A stretch of 64,000 nt of DNA, taken from contig CM052817.1 in assembly GCA_028534125.1 (NCBI GenBank), positions 103,790,001 to 103,854,000 on the forward strand. Direction: 5' to 3'. Under the pieces are notes generated by a model. That model was given only the letters and a program-made list of their open reading frames with translations. It was not told the DNA's origin and searched no databases. The position numbers and the translations under genes are program-made. Numbering within the stretch: the first letter of the stretch is position 1; every line of letters begins with the position of its first letter. Below, piece after piece: positions 13,000 through 26,830 of this stretch. This DNA comes from Lama glama (Eukaryota).

Positions 13000-14725
13000 T
13001 ATTTGAGGGCTTACTAATTTCCAGTTACTGTTTTAGGTGCATTTCTATGGATTTTGTGTGAATCCAAATTTCTATTTGGTATTGTTTTCCTTCTACTAAA
13101 AAGACTTTCTTTTATATTTCTTATAGTGTTAATCCACCGGTGATGAATTCTCTCAGCTTTTATACATGTGAAGTTTTTATTTCTTGTTCTCTTCAATGGC
13201 ATATTACGTGTGCAAGGAATTCTGAGTTGATTTTTTTTTCTTTCCGTGCTTTAAAGATGGCACTACATTCTGTTCTGACTGTCACTGTTTCTGACAAAAA
13301 ATCAGCTGCCATGCTTATCTTGATTCCTCTCAATGTCATGTGTCTTGTGCAGGGCAGAGAGGGTAATTTTAGGGTTATTTTTCTTTGTCTCTGGTTTTAA
13401 GAGGATTGTTTATGACATGTCCTGATGGAACTTTTTTTGTATGCCTTGTGCTTGGGGTTTGTTTAGCTTCTTGGATCTGAAGGCTTACAATTTTCATCAA
13501 ATTTGGGAAGAGTTCAGCCACTGTTTCTTCATTTTTTTTTCTGTTTCCCTCTCTCAACTTCCACAACTCATTCTTTTTTCTCATTCCCTAGTTCATGCCA
13601 TAGTCCATTTTTTCTTAGTCTTATTTCTTTCCCTGTTTCATTTTGGATAGTTTCTATGGCAATGTCCTCATAATCATTAAGCCTTCTTTATGCAGTATTT
13701 AATCCACGCTTAATCTCATCTAGTATGTTTTTCTTTTCTTTTTTTTCATTTTTGGAAATTTGCTCTGGGTTCTTCAGCTGTCTTCCATGTCTCTTATTAT
13801 GCTCATACATTTCTCTACATTCTTGAACATGTGGAGTATGTTTATAATAGCCTTTTCAGCATCCTTTTCAACTATTTCTATCATCTGTATCATTTCTGTG
13901 TGTTTAGGTACTCATGGCATATTGTATATTCCTGCTTCCTTGTATATGTGTTATTTTCTATTTGGATGCTAAACTAGATGTTGCAAATTTTACCTCATTG
14001 GGTGCCAGAGTTTTTATTTTGTATTTCTTAAATATTTTTGGCTCTGTTCTGGGGTGAAATAAAGTTACCTGGAAGCAGTTTGATCCTTTCAAGGCTTAAT
14101 TATAAGATCTGTTAGATGGCCCAGGGCAGCCTTTAATCTTGGGCTAATTTGATAACACCACTGTGGTGCAACATTCTCCTGAAGACTCTACTTGATGCTT
14201 TATGTGTTAGAAAGTCTACACACTCTGGCCGGTTAGAACATGAACTATTCCTTGTTCTTCTTAAGCTCTGAGGGTTTCCGCTCCTTCCAAGTGTTTCTTT
14301 TCCCAGGCTTTGTGGTTTTTTTTTTTTTTTTTAATGGTATGCACTGATCAGGTGAAGCCTCAAGGAATACCCTGTGCATATCTCCACAGCTCTTTGGGCA
14401 GCCCTGTCCTCTTCAGTTATCTGCCTTAACAGTTCTGACAGCTTAGCCTTCCTGAACCCTGAACTCTGTCTTCCCAGCCCAAGGAAACTACTGGGCTCAA
14501 TGTGGGTACCCTGCCTCCCTGCACTTCAGCTTGAGAACCTCTCTAGGCAGTAACCTGAGCATTTTTAGGTCTCATCTTGTTTCTTCCTTTTCTTTCAACA
14601 GTGCTTGCTGTACAATGTTGGAAAGCTGCTGGTTTATTTATTTTGTCTAGCCTTTTAGTATTTTAGGTGGGAGGGAGCAAATCTAGTTCCTGGTTTTCCC
14701 TAAAGGATGAAAGTAGAAATTCTGG
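13000..14725 (-). mobile_element. Old L1M ORF1 plus 5'UTR
   Basis: ORF1-like peptide EETVAELFPNLMKIVSLQIQEAKQTPST (13375-13584, minus); 5'UTR-type sequence beyond about 13950. Confidence 0.85.
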
Positions 14726-16027
14726 GTCAGAGGTTTTAATGGCAGATGGGAGGTGATCTTTCCTGTGATATGATTTTACATCTAGGATATGAGGTAAGAG
14801 TATACAATAATGTAATTTACTTTAAAAGTAAGATCAATTTTAACATGTTTTTCAGATATATTGATTCTTCCCTCTCATATCTTGTGGGAACTGTTATTAA
14901 GATTATAATTGGCAATTATTTGCCTCATTAAGTAACTCTAATTTTCTGTTTAGCATTTTCTTACAGCATTTGTTATTAATTGAAGAATTGAAGACAATGT
15001 GTATTTTTTCTGTTCATATTTTTTAATTCTATATTTTTAAAATTCCAGAAGTTAAAAATATTTTAATTAAATTGTATTTTTTCTATTAGTAGCTTTTCCT
15101 TTAGGTGTTAATCTTTTTTTTTTTACATTCTAAACTACAAAAATAATTAATTTATTTTTTAGTTGACAGTATATAGTTATATTCTTTAAACAAGAGGCCT
15201 GAATCAAATGTATGTAATCCTAAATTTCCCCAGGAGTACTAGTTTTGGGGCACAAGTGAAATCACATTTATTTTTATACCCCAATTCTGATGATTCACAA
15301 TAATACCCTTCATGTTCAAGCAGTGTCTCAAAGCATTTCTCAGTTATTTCTGGGAGGCCCCAAAGGCATACCTCATATATGCCTCCAAACCAGTTTCATG
15401 CCAATGAATCACTTGCAGTTTTTGACATCTGCTGTGTATAAACTCACTCCACAAAGCTGGCTGACATGGCTGATGGCGCTCATGGGGGAAATATCTCAGT
15501 TGTCTCCATGGACATTATCTCACGATTGCTGGAGTGATAGCATCACACTGGTTTAAGTGCAGAGGCAGGGAGAATGTGCTTAGAGTTCCTCCCAAAGTCT
15601 CTCTTAAAATAGGTCAATTTCCAGCATTTATTCTTCGCATAGAATCTTATCAAATGTTTAATGAAAATAGTTCCATCAGTGTCTAGCCTTTATTTTTCTA
15701 ATCAATGTGATTCAAATTGGTCTGGAAGAGCCTGACAGATAATAGATATAATAAATTCTTTGTGTGTCCTTTTTCCTTTCTCCTTGGGGAAACCCAACCT
15801 AACCAAGCTACTACCTCCTCCTGTGATTATGGAAAAATCCCTTCCATGTTTCTTAGAGTGCACAAATTATGTACCAGAAGAGGATGGGTGATATTGAACG
15901 AATAATGTTTAGTCTCTCATAAACCACGAATGACTCTATTTTTGAAAAATCAATATATATAAACAAATGGGCTATTTCCTATATCTAGATTGTGTAGTTT
16001 GCTTATTTTCCTGAGTGAATAATGATC

Positions 16028-16165
16028 CACTGCTCTAAGTGCTTTACGTGTATTAACCCACCTAATCTTCACAGTAACTTAATGCATGAACACATTTATA
16101 CTTCCATCTTACAACCTGCCTTAGTCTCCACAGCTAGGAAGTAGATGGCTGAATCAGAACTGTTT
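16028..16165 (-). mobile_element. MIR fragment
   Basis: ctaagtgctttacgtgtattaac...aatcttcacagtaac...cacagctaggaagt. Confidence 0.65.
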
Positions 16166-17239
16166 TAGTATTGCTATGGTATTTTTTTTCCTTTAAAGAA
16201 GGAGCTAGTGTGCAGTTAGTGAGGCACATCATGGAGGCAATGGAGGGTGTGGTCGGGGAGAGGCAGGTGGTTCAGATTTGAGTGCATAGGGCATCGTAGC
16301 ATGTAGCTCGGAGACATTAAGTGTCTGCCATGGTGGGATGGTTAGAAGAAGGGATGAAGATGAAGGACAAAAAAGGGAATCATGGGTAATGCTTGTTTCA
16401 ATATGTCAGTCACCACACTTAAATTCTGTTCTCAGCTGAATTCCAGGGGGCCCATGCTATAAGTCACATCTTTAACTCCCCTAGATACTTCCACATATTC
16501 TAAACCCGAATAATATTTCTTTTGCCACTGAATTTCCTGGATAGTCTTACTTTTTTGCTATCATCTTTAATTCTTTGTTGATTTAGACTAAGATTTCTTT
16601 TCAAGTCAGTTCATTAATAGCCACCAAGTGCTAATGATTAGGTTATTTTACACGTCTAAAAATTTGAGTATTATGTAAATAAACTATATTGAAGTAGCTG
16701 AGAAGTGGCTTTGCAACTGATAATGACCCACGCTAGAATAATCTTTGTTTCAGAGGCTAGTTTGAGGAATTTGTTCTGTCCTGTTCTGTACATGGAGCAT
16801 GTCCATCTACACAGTGTGTGAACAGGTTAAATGCCACCACCAAAGTGGTATTTCAGAAGGACCAGCCTTCTTGCCCTACAAGGCTGTTAGCTGTGGAATT
16901 CTTTACATAGACTTTAGCCTGACTTTGTCTATAACTTATTGAATATATTTATAAATAATACTGAATATATACATTCTAGTCTTTTTTCTCTCTGATGTTT
17001 TCATTCCAAAGCAACTGGGTGATTCAGGGTAAGGTACATGTTAATGTATGTTCATAATCTTTAAAATATAAAGATTATAAGAAAACTAAGTAAGTGATTT
17101 TTTTAATTGTGAATTGAATGAACACTTGTCTTAACTCATGGGGACCTTTGTCCTTGTATTATACATAATAAATATATAACTGATATCAAGCACAAATACT
17201 CATACCCATATGTGTAACCAATAGATGTATACACGTGTG

Positions 17240-17622
17240 TAAACATGGGAATGTGCCCCACAGAGCCCTTTCAGGGAAGGAAAGAAGCCAACTGAGAACC
17301 TCCTGCAACCCCTTCAGAGATCCCGCAGCTTTTGGGTCAAGGTCATACCATTCTTGAGGTGAGCCTATCAACGACCAAGCAAGACAGTGGAACCAAGGCC
17401 TAGCCAATTCCACCTCAATGTGACCTTGACTGGGATAACCTCTGCTCCTGTTTCCCCCTGGGCAAGAAGAGACTCTGTTGGATCTGTAGTGCTGTATCAC
17501 GGCTCCTGCTGCCTGAACCTGCTTCTGCTCTTTTGCTTTCAGATGTCACTGCCTAATGAGCTTCCTGTATTCCTAATTCTGTATCAACATCTGCTTCTTG
17601 AAGTCAGAACCCAACTGCCATA
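17240..17622 (+). mobile_element. LTR16A-like ERVL LTR
   Basis: aaggcctagccaattccacctcaatgtg core; ends catctgcttc...agaacccaactgccata. Confidence 0.6.
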
Positions 17623-18516
17623 GAGTTTAAAGTTCACCTTCCACTTTTGTTTTTCATTCTGATCTCCAATTTCTCACTAGAAATGTAGAGAAGAAAGAGA
17701 AAATGTAGTATAATTCGGAGAACTGCTATTATTGCTCATCCTTGGCCTTCTGGTTGTGGGAGGGAGTACAACCAGCCTTTGTAACTATACCTATGCTTTC
17801 TTGGACTAAATTTCAGTGCTGCAAAATGAGGGTGGAAATTTGCAGAACATTAAACTCAAATTTAAGCACTGTCTTGTCCTTTTCATTAAAAAGAAAAATC
17901 CAGCCTACTTTTCCAGCTTTAAAAGTAGACTACTGCCTTCTAATTGGTCATTTTAATAAAAGAGGGTGACTTGTAATCATATAAGCTTCAGCTATTAAAA
18001 TACGTTGCTTCAGTAACTGCTATACACGCCTGCTCTAATAAACTCTTCTAGCTTCTATGTGCTAAGAGATTCATTTGGGTCATTTAAAGTCAATTCTGTG
18101 AACCTTTAAACATTGCAAAATGATCCTAGTACCCTATCTTAAGGCTTCTAAATTTTAAACTAGGACTGAAATGTTTTTTTATTAAGTTATTTGGCTCAAA
18201 TACGAAGTTTATAATTTCCAAGTGCATGCAGCATAAAGGGAAAAAAGATAAAATTCTGCTTTTGTAGAAAAAGAGAAAGCTATTTACAGTTTCAGTTGGC
18301 TAACTGTTGAGATATTAAAGAATAGAACAGCAAAAGACCCAGGAAATATTCTGCTTACTGGAATATTTTTATTCTGTAGTTTTCTAAAACAATTATGGAA
18401 TTTCCACCATAATACTTTTAAAATGCTAGATCTGAAATCAGCATATCTACACTTATATCATAGCCCTACTACTCACCTGCTGTGTGAAAATGGTACCATT
18501 TAACTTCCCTTAGATT

Positions 18517-19062
18517 TGATACAGGAAAATGGAGCATGAAAAGATGGATGTGTCCCAGGGTTTCAACTGTGAGATCCTGGGACACACCCCGTCAAGTGAG
18601 GGTCCCGGGTTTCATGCAGGAAAGAATTCAAGAGTGAGCCATAGTTGAGTAAAAGTAAACTTATTCAGAGAGATGTATACTCCATAGGCAGTGCAGGGTG
18701 TCCCTAAAGGTGACAGAGCAAGAGGCTGCGAGGCACGGTGTTGCTAGTTTTAATGGGCTCGGTTATTTCATATGCTAACAAGTGGGAGGATTATTCTAAC
18801 TACTTTGGAGAAGGGGCTGGGATTCCCAAAAACTGAGACACCATTCCCTTTTTGATCTTTTATGGCCAGAACTGTCATGGAGCCTGTGGGAGTACCATTC
18901 ACCATGCTATTATATTATAATGAAGCTCAAGTTCTCCTGGAAGTCAAATCTCCTACCATCTGGACCTCAACGTCTAGTGGGAGTTGAATTTTCCACCATC
19001 CTGGTGCTCATCACTGTCATTCCTTTAATGGTTGTGCCCTGCTCCCCTTTCTTCTTATCTCA
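18517..19062 (-). mobile_element. ERV1 solo LTR inserted into a MIR
   Basis: TG...CA termini (tgatac / tatctca), perfect 4-bp TSD GATT (18513-16 and 19063-66), gcaggaaagaattcaagagtgagcc motif; MIR-like sequence on both sides. Confidence 0.85.
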
Positions 19063-19862
19063 GATTTGGGTTTTTTGGTCTATGAAAGACTTCTTCAGAA
19101 GATTGTTGTGATCACCAAATGGGAAGATGTACATGAAGATACTTTGTAAGCTTAACAAGATTTATGCTGGTTTCAAATATTTTTTTTATATTATCAAATC
19201 TAGAAAACAGATCTGACTTATTTTGAGAAAGGTTATTAGGTATTTGTAAGGAAAATGAGACTAATTTGATATTACTATCAAGACATCACTGTTACTTCAA
19301 CCAGAAACAACTTGAACAGCTTGTAAAGGTGCAAAGTGACTGTGACTCAAATCTACCAGTTTTCACACATTTCTATTCTGTCTGTCATGGAGTTTGCAAC
19401 CAGACAGTAGTCTCGGTGCCATATTCATTTGCTATGTGACTGTGTATCTCTGAACTTGAAATATATTTATTTGCATGTATTTGTTAAGAATTTTTGGGTT
19501 TTTATATAATGTACTCTTGCTCACATATTTATATATATGCAGATTCTAGTCTTCCTTCTCCTTTCTCTTCCTTTTTCATTTTATTTTTGGTTAAGAAATA
19601 CTACTAGTATTGAGTCATGTGTGGCTATATGTATAAAATTATATAGTGAGGAACCCTTTTTATGGCTTGGCTCGAACCAACATTGTTCTCTTTCAGTAGG
19701 GTCGCCTTTCCTCATAACCATCCCTCTGCATCCTGGAGCTCATTTGTCTGACTGTATCATTCTCCCACAAAGGGAGTCAGACTTTATTAAGAAAGGAAGT
19801 GACAAAATGTTTTCTGAGATGTGTCTTTGACTACAGGAACATGGTATACAATGCATAGGGTC

Positions 19863-19906
19863 ATATATATATATGTGTGTGTGTGTGTGTGTAATGTGTG
19901 TGTGTG

Positions 19907-19951
<45 letters not shown>

Positions 19952-19970
19952 GTGTGTGTGTGTGTGTGTG
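19863..19970. repeat. Compound (TG)n(TA)n(TG)n microsatellite
   Basis: Direct reading of the sequence. Confidence 0.95.
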
Positions 19971-20193
19971 TCAGAAACACTATATATAGGTTAAAGTCCC
20001 TACATCAAAATATAGTTCTATTCAAAACCACAAATTTCTGTTCAGTTAACAAATATTTTTAAATACCTACTATGTGCTATAAAGTTTTAAATTGTTTTCC
20101 CTCATAGCTACTGAACAAAGGCAAGCAAAATAGTCACAAGCCCCTCAACAAATTTTCTCTAGGTTTTAAGACAAAAATTAATACACTCACTTC

Positions 20194-20760
20194 TCTAAAG
20201 GAGCACAATTTGCCATCCCAAAATGTGTTTCTTTGGCATGAGGATTAATTTGGGCTGATTATTCTTAAGAAACAGGAGACTCAGGAAGGTTTCCTTGTTA
20301 CCTTCCCTTTAACTGCCTGAAGAATTTAGACAAAGGACCTATTCCCAGAATAGAGCTCTCTCCAGAGCTATCTGTAAAGAGTATGGGCTGGATATGGTGG
20401 GAAAAGCTGGGAATCTCCACAGAGCCTAGAGATTAGAGTCCACTCTGTGTCCCACTGTCTCTTCACGGCCCAGCAAACGTTTGTTTACCTAATATTTGAC
20501 TTTCTATCTCCATATGAATTATCTTCCTTCCCTTTGAAGTCCCAAACCACTACCCCTAACATCCTCTGTTGTCTTTAGCTGAACGTTGTATATAGGGTGA
20601 GAGTTTCAGTCATTTTGGTTTTCCTGGGTCTCTCTCATATATATGCACGTTATTAAACTTTTATTTGACTTTCTCCTCTTAATCTGTCTCATCTCAGTTT
20701 AAATCTTAGACCAGCCAGAAGATCCCAAAAGAGTACAAGAAAATTTCTTCCTCTCTGGCA
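20194..20760 (+). mobile_element. MER34-like ERV1 solo LTR, copy 1
   Basis: Start ...gagcacaatttgccatcccaaaatgtgtttctttggcatgaggatta; ATTAAA signal at about 20652; near-TSD cttc/cttt. Confidence 0.85.
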
Positions 20761-20959
20761 CTTTATTAAAATTTCAAACATTACACAAGATTAACAAAAA
20801 ATGCAATCTTCCCCTCCTCTTTTCTCCCTCAAAAATTTCCATTAACACTCCTTGAAAATAGCCACTCTTAACAGTTTATTGTGTATACTTTCAGTGTGTG
20901 TGTGTGTGTGTGTGTGCACGCGTGCATATGTGCATGTGTTTGTGGGTGTGTGTGGGTGT

Positions 20960-21317
20960 AATATTGGTCTGGTCAGACTGCTGTAATAAAATACCAGGCT
21001 CAGTACACTAAATAATGGAAATTTAAGACATTGATTTTTCCCAGTTCTGGAGGCTGGGAATTATAAGATGCAAAGCCATTTTGTTTCCTGGTGAAGGCTC
21101 TCTTCCTGGCTTCAGGAAGATGGCTGCCTCTCACTATGTCTTGAAATGGTGAAGAGAAAGCAATCTCTCTCTTCCTCTTCTTATAAAGCCACAAATCTCA
21201 TCATAAGGTCCCACTCTGATGGTTTCATTTTGCCCTAACTACCTTCTAAAAGTCCCATCCCATTGGGGGTTAGGATTTAACATTTCAATTTGGGGGGGAC
21301 ACAGTTCAGTCCATAGT
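20960..21317 (-). mobile_element. MLT1A/MST-like MaLR LTR
   Basis: ctgctgtaataaaatacc...cagttctggaggctgggaa...ggggggacacagttcagtccatag. Confidence 0.85.
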
Positions 21318-21420
21318 GTATGTATCTGTATACAGGTGTATATATGTAGATATATTTGTGCATGTTTATAAAACAATTTGAATCATATAACAATTATAAA
21401 GTTTTCCACTGGAGTAATTT

Positions 21421-23325
21421 CTTAAATAGATTTTATTTTCAGAGCAGTTTTAGGTTCACAGCAAAAGTGAGTGGGAGGTAAAGGGATTTCCCATACATCC
21501 CCTGCCCCCCACCATACATGGCCTCCTCCATTATCAACATCCCCTACTAGAGTGGTACATTTATTACAGTTGATAAGCTTATATTGACACATCACTATCA
21601 CCCAGAGTCTATAGTTTAAATGGGGTTCACTATTGGTCTTGTACATTCTATCGGTTTGGAAAAATGTATAATCACTTGCATTCATCATTATAGTATCATA
21701 AATAGTAGTTCAGATGCTCTGAAAACCCTCTGTGCTTTGTTGGTTCTTTCCTCACCCTTCCCTAACACCTGACATCCACTAATCTTTTAACTGTCTACAT
21801 ACTTTTGCTTTTCCAAAATTTCGTATAGTTGGAATCAGACACTATGTCACCTTCTCAGATTGGCTTCTTTCACTGAGTAATGTGCGTTTGAGGTTTCTTC
21901 ATGTCTTTTCATGTCTTGATATCTCATTTCTTTTTAGCACTGAATAATATTCCATCGTCTAGATGCACTGCAATTAATCCATTCACCTACGGAAGAAATC
22001 TTTGTAGGTTCCAAGTTATGGCAATTGTAAATAAATCTACTATAAACATTCATGTGCAGGATTTTGTGTCAATATAAGTTTTCAATTCCTTTGGGTAAAT
22101 GCAAAAGAGTAAAATGTCTGGATTATATGGTAATAGTGGGTTTAGTTTTGTAAGAAACCACCAAATTGTCTTCCAGAGTGACTGGTGGCTTTTACATCTC
22201 CACCAAAAATGAAAGGGAGTTGCTGTTGCTCCACCTCCTCACCAGCATTTGATATTGTCAGTGTTCTTGATTGTGGACATTCTAATAAGTGTGTAGAGGT
22301 AACTCATTGGTTCAGTTTGAATTTCCCTAATGACATTTGACATGGAGCTTCTTTTCATGTGTTTATTTGCCACCTATTTATCTTCTTTGTTGCAGTGTCT
22401 TTTCGGATATTTTACCCATTTTTTAATTGGGTTGCTTGCATTCCTACTGTTGAGTTTTAAGTATTCTTTTTATATTTTGGACAGCAGCTCTTTACCAGAT
22501 ACGTTTTTTTGCAAATATTTTCTCCCAGCATGTTGTATGTCTTGTTATTCTCTTGATAATGTCTCTCACATAACGTAAACTTTTAATTTTAATAAAGTCC
22601 AGTTTATCAATTCTTTTTCTATGAATCATGTCTTTGGTGTTGTAACTAAAAAGTCATTGCCATACCCAAGGTTATTTCAGTTTTTCTCTCCTATTATCTT
22701 TTAGGAATTTTATAGTTTTGTACTTTTCATTTAGGTCTATAATACATAGTAAATTAAGTTTTGTGAAGCATATAAGGTTTGTATCTGTATTCCTATTTTT
22801 CCCCCTATATGTGCATGTCCAGTTCCTGCCCTATTTGTTGAAGAGAGTATGTTTTATCCATTGCATTGCTTTTGTCTTTGTCAAAGATCAGTTCACTATC
22901 TTTATGTAGGTCTGTTTCTTTGCATTCTGTTCTCTTCTGTTGTGTTGTTTCACCAATACCACACTCTGTGGATTACTGTAGTTTTATAGTAAGTCTTAAA
23001 GTTAAGTATTGTCAGCCCTCCAACTTTGTTCTTATCTTTCAGTATTGAGTTGGCTGTTCTGAGTCTTTTACCTCTCCAAAGTTTACAAACTTTAGAGTCA
23101 GTTTGTTGATATCCACAAAATAACTTGCTGGGATTTGATTAAGGTTGCATTAAATCTATAAATCAATAGTTGGGAAGAACTGACATCTTGACAATATTCA
23201 GTTTTCCTATGAATGAACATGGAATATCTTTCCATTTATTTAGTTTTTTTAAAATTCTTTCATCACTGTTTTGTAATTTTATTCATATAGATCTTATACA
23301 TATTTTGTTATCTTCATACCCAATA
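21421..23325 (-). mobile_element. L1MC1-like 3' UTR plus ORF2 3' part
   Basis: Diagnostic 3' end ttttattttcagagcagttttaggttcacagcaaaa...tagagtggtacatttattacagttgat, followed by ORF2-type sequence. Confidence 0.9.
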
Positions 23326-23749
23326 TTTTGTCTTGAGGGGGCATTTGATTAATTTTAACTTGGGTAATTTTTATTGTATAAGTAATGCAATAACAACATT
23401 AAGAGAAATACAAAAAGCTAAAATCACCAAAATAATATTACCCATATAGTTTTGCTTATTAATATTCTCTTCCAGTTTGTTTCCATATGAGTATCCACTT
23501 TGCATAGGTATAATTGTATTACACAGACACTTTTGAATCCCATGCTTCAAAAATGACATTGATGTGAATATTTTCCTTGTGACTATTCAGTCTTAATAAT
23601 CAGCCTTGTCAAAAATTGCAAGTGTGTATATCATTATTTATTCCTACTGATAGCTGATGTTCTTTCCTTATTTATGACGGCAAAGTTGGTTTTAAAATTC
23701 ACAAATCACTAGAAAAAGTAGTATGAAAATACTCATATTTGGCTACAAG

Positions 23750-23870
23750 TGTTCTTTTACTTCCTAGCTGTCTGACTTTAAGTAAGTTTAAAGCTTAACT
23801 GTGTCTTATTTTTCTTAATTATAAAGTGGGTCCAAATAATACATCTACCTTTTTCCTAGAGTGTATTGAG
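23750..23870 (+). mobile_element. MIR fragment
   Basis: acttcctagctgtctgacttt...ataaagtggg...aataatacatctacc. Confidence 0.55.
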
Positions 23871-25527
23871 GGGTGACCTCATACATCATTTTAATCCCTT
23901 AAACTATTCCCAAGGTATGTGCTAAATAAATGACATATGTATCTATTTATTAATTAAGGATATTATTAACAAATGCTTATTTAAATAGTTTAACATATTT
24001 TACATGTTAGATATATGGTTAAATCAACATCAGCAGATTTAAGGTCCACAAACTAAAATGTCAACCAAAAGACACTGCAATAATTCTAGCAAAAGAAATC
24101 CAATAATAATGAAGCTTTTTTTTTTCTTCTCTTAGCACTATAATGAATAGACCAGTCATGTATGACTCAACTTTCCCCATTAATTAGAAACTTACATTGA
24201 CTCACTTGATTACTGACAATTATTTTCTGAATATTTACAGAAGTCAGTGAATTGGTAACCTATAGAAAAAATCACTATGATAAGACTCCACATAAAAATG
24301 CAGTAGACAATTAAGATTTTACTGTATTTGGCAACAAAACAAAACAAAACGTAACACCCTCAGACTGTATCCTTTCTGGGAATGAAATAGTAAGTCTTTA
24401 TGCCTAAAATGCTCATATTCCAGAGAGACAGATGTCTTATTTCAAGATTCTCCTGACCAAGCCATGAAGAAGAACATTAGCTGACCCTTGGGGTATGGCT
24501 GACTTTGCTATAAAGGGCAGCGAGAGCATCCTCAATTCCGTATCTGTCAATGAGATTTGTAATCTGACTATAAAAGGCAAAATGCAAAAAAGGGCATTAA
24601 ATGCTAATAAAATTCACAATAAAAAACCTTACAAGGAATATGCTTATGCATTCACACATGCACATAGGTACATACATGGATGAGATTTGGCTGCTGTTTT
24701 TCCAGAAAGAGATACAGAAAAGCTTTCAGTGTATGACTTTTCTTGATCCAGAAATGATGAAAAAATATACTTTAAAGTAAAGTGTGGCCTTATACCCCTC
24801 CTGATACTTCTAATGATCCTGAAAATGTCCTTTAATATTTTCTGGTTAAGAAGAAAGTTTGAGTTGGTTGGATCTCTGCATAATTATTTTATGGTTGAGT
24901 AAAATTTTATGTTTCACTACAATAATCCAAGAGAGACTAGGATTTCTTCCAGGAGCTGTCCCATGCTTCATTGATTTTAAGGCCAACTTCAACTGCACAG
25001 ATCATAGTTACTTAAGAATAATTCTTTTATCATAAGGACAGATCAAATTTCTTTAAGATATTTAGGCATTTGATTCTTTCCCAAAAATCATAGGGAATGC
25101 TTGCTGAAATTCTGGGAACACATACAAAATTGAACACATACACAAATGGGGTGATCTTGCTTAGTCATAGTTTATGCAAAAAATATTTGAGTATACTATT
25201 CATTAGAAATTGTTTCCTGCTGGAGTTAAAAGATCAGATTGGATTTTGATAACACCACTTGCAAATTAAAGAAAAATCAGAAGTCAAAATTAGAGTTACC
25301 ACCTAATGTTTAATAGACTAAGAACTCTAGTCTTGTATCAACAGAACTTGGGATAAAAAGATAAGAAAAAATTTACTTTGCATGGAGATTTTTCAGTTGA
25401 TAGAATTTTAGGCTTTAATGGAGCCTGGACACCAGCCTCCTACCCTGTTGCATTAAAAGGCCATTTCCTTTATATGTCATGGTGTTTTTATTACATGGTC
25501 ATTCAAATGTCTGCCTTAATATCCCAG

Positions 25528-26051
25528 TGTAGGGGAGCGCAGCTCACCTCCCCCAGATGTGTCTCTTTGGCATAAGGATTAATTTAGGCTAATTACTTTT
25601 AGGAAACAGAAGTCTCTTAGACTTAGATAGAGTCTGTTCCCAGAAGAGAGCTATCTGCCCCAGAAATATTTCAACGGATGTGAGCTAGGTGTGGTGGATG
25701 AACAAAGTCTAGAGATTAGAATCTACTCTGTGTTCCATTGTCCCTGCCTGGCCCAGCAAACATCTATTTATCAAACATTTGTTTTTCCATATCCATGTGA
25801 ATTGCCTTCCTCTTCTTTGAAGTCCCAAACCACTATCCCAATGTCCTCTTTTGTCTTTAGCTGGAGATAGTGTTTAAGGTGAGGGCTTCAGTCATTTTGG
25901 TAAGTGACTCAAGTTTTCATGGGTCTCTTCCATGTATATGTGTTATTAAACTTTGTTTGATTTTCTCCTGTTAATCTGGCTCATGTCAATTTAAGTCTTA
26001 GACCAGCCAAAAGACCTTAGCAAGGTGGAGGAATATTTCATTCTCAACTCA
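25528..26051 (+). mobile_element. MER34-like ERV1 solo LTR, copy 2 (same subfamily as copy 1)
   Basis: tgtaggggagc start; shares gagattaga, cccagcaaac, tttgaagtcccaaaccacta and attaaactt blocks with copy 1; near-TSD ccag/gcag. Confidence 0.85.
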
Positions 26052-26830
26052 GCAGCTCCGCTCTTGGACACATCTAGTTGGTGGAATCACTTACAGGGAG
26101 ATGAAAAGAACGGGCCAGAATGCCCACTATTTTTTCCTGGTTCTGCTTCTGAATGAGAGAGAAGATTTGTTCCTTTTGTTAAATTAAAATAGCTTTAGGA
26201 AAACTACCATTTTTTCCCCAATCTTTTCTCACTCAGACTAAGCAAAGTGACATGCACATGTTTGGGAGCCCAGCTGAGAGAAAATTCCCTCCTTACCTCT
26301 TAGTGTTCTTGTCTGTAAAATAACTACAAAGCAACTCATCGTATACATCTTCTCTGAGGATTAACTCACAATGCACGCTCTCAACAGATGTTAGCTACTA
26401 TTTTCATTCTCTTCAACCATTCCTAGTGTGACTTAAATCCTTAAGAGCTAAGATAGATCCAGATAAGTTGGATTTGAATCCATTTCTTTGAAAAATGTCA
26501 GTATTTAATTTCTGTATATTTTGGGGAGTGGAGTGACAGAGGGAGAGAGAGAGAGAGAGGGGTGTGTGATGTGGTTGTATTGCTCTGGCATCTCAAACTC
26601 TGGTATCTTATCTCCTCTGTAGTCTTGCTTTCCACTGTGTGGGCTATGAAAATTATCTTTATTTCTCCTGGAGTCAGTTAATCATGAAATTCAGCCCCTT
26701 TCTGATTACATACATACACACACATCAAGCCTCTGAATAGGTAGCAACATCAATAAAAGTTCGAGAAGCTAAAAGTGCTTTACTTTGCCACATATGAAAA
26801 CCTGAACTGAATATCTGACATGTTTGCTCT

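Noticed and set aside
10999..13584. RT-like and ORF1-like ORFs as host genes
   Set aside because: Frameshifted, stop-ridden L1 remnants.
20194..26051. Two same-orientation, same-subfamily LTRs as the ends of one provirus
   Set aside because: Each has its own near-TSD, there is no PBS after the first, and the interval holds MLT1A, L1MC1 and MIR rather than gag/pol.
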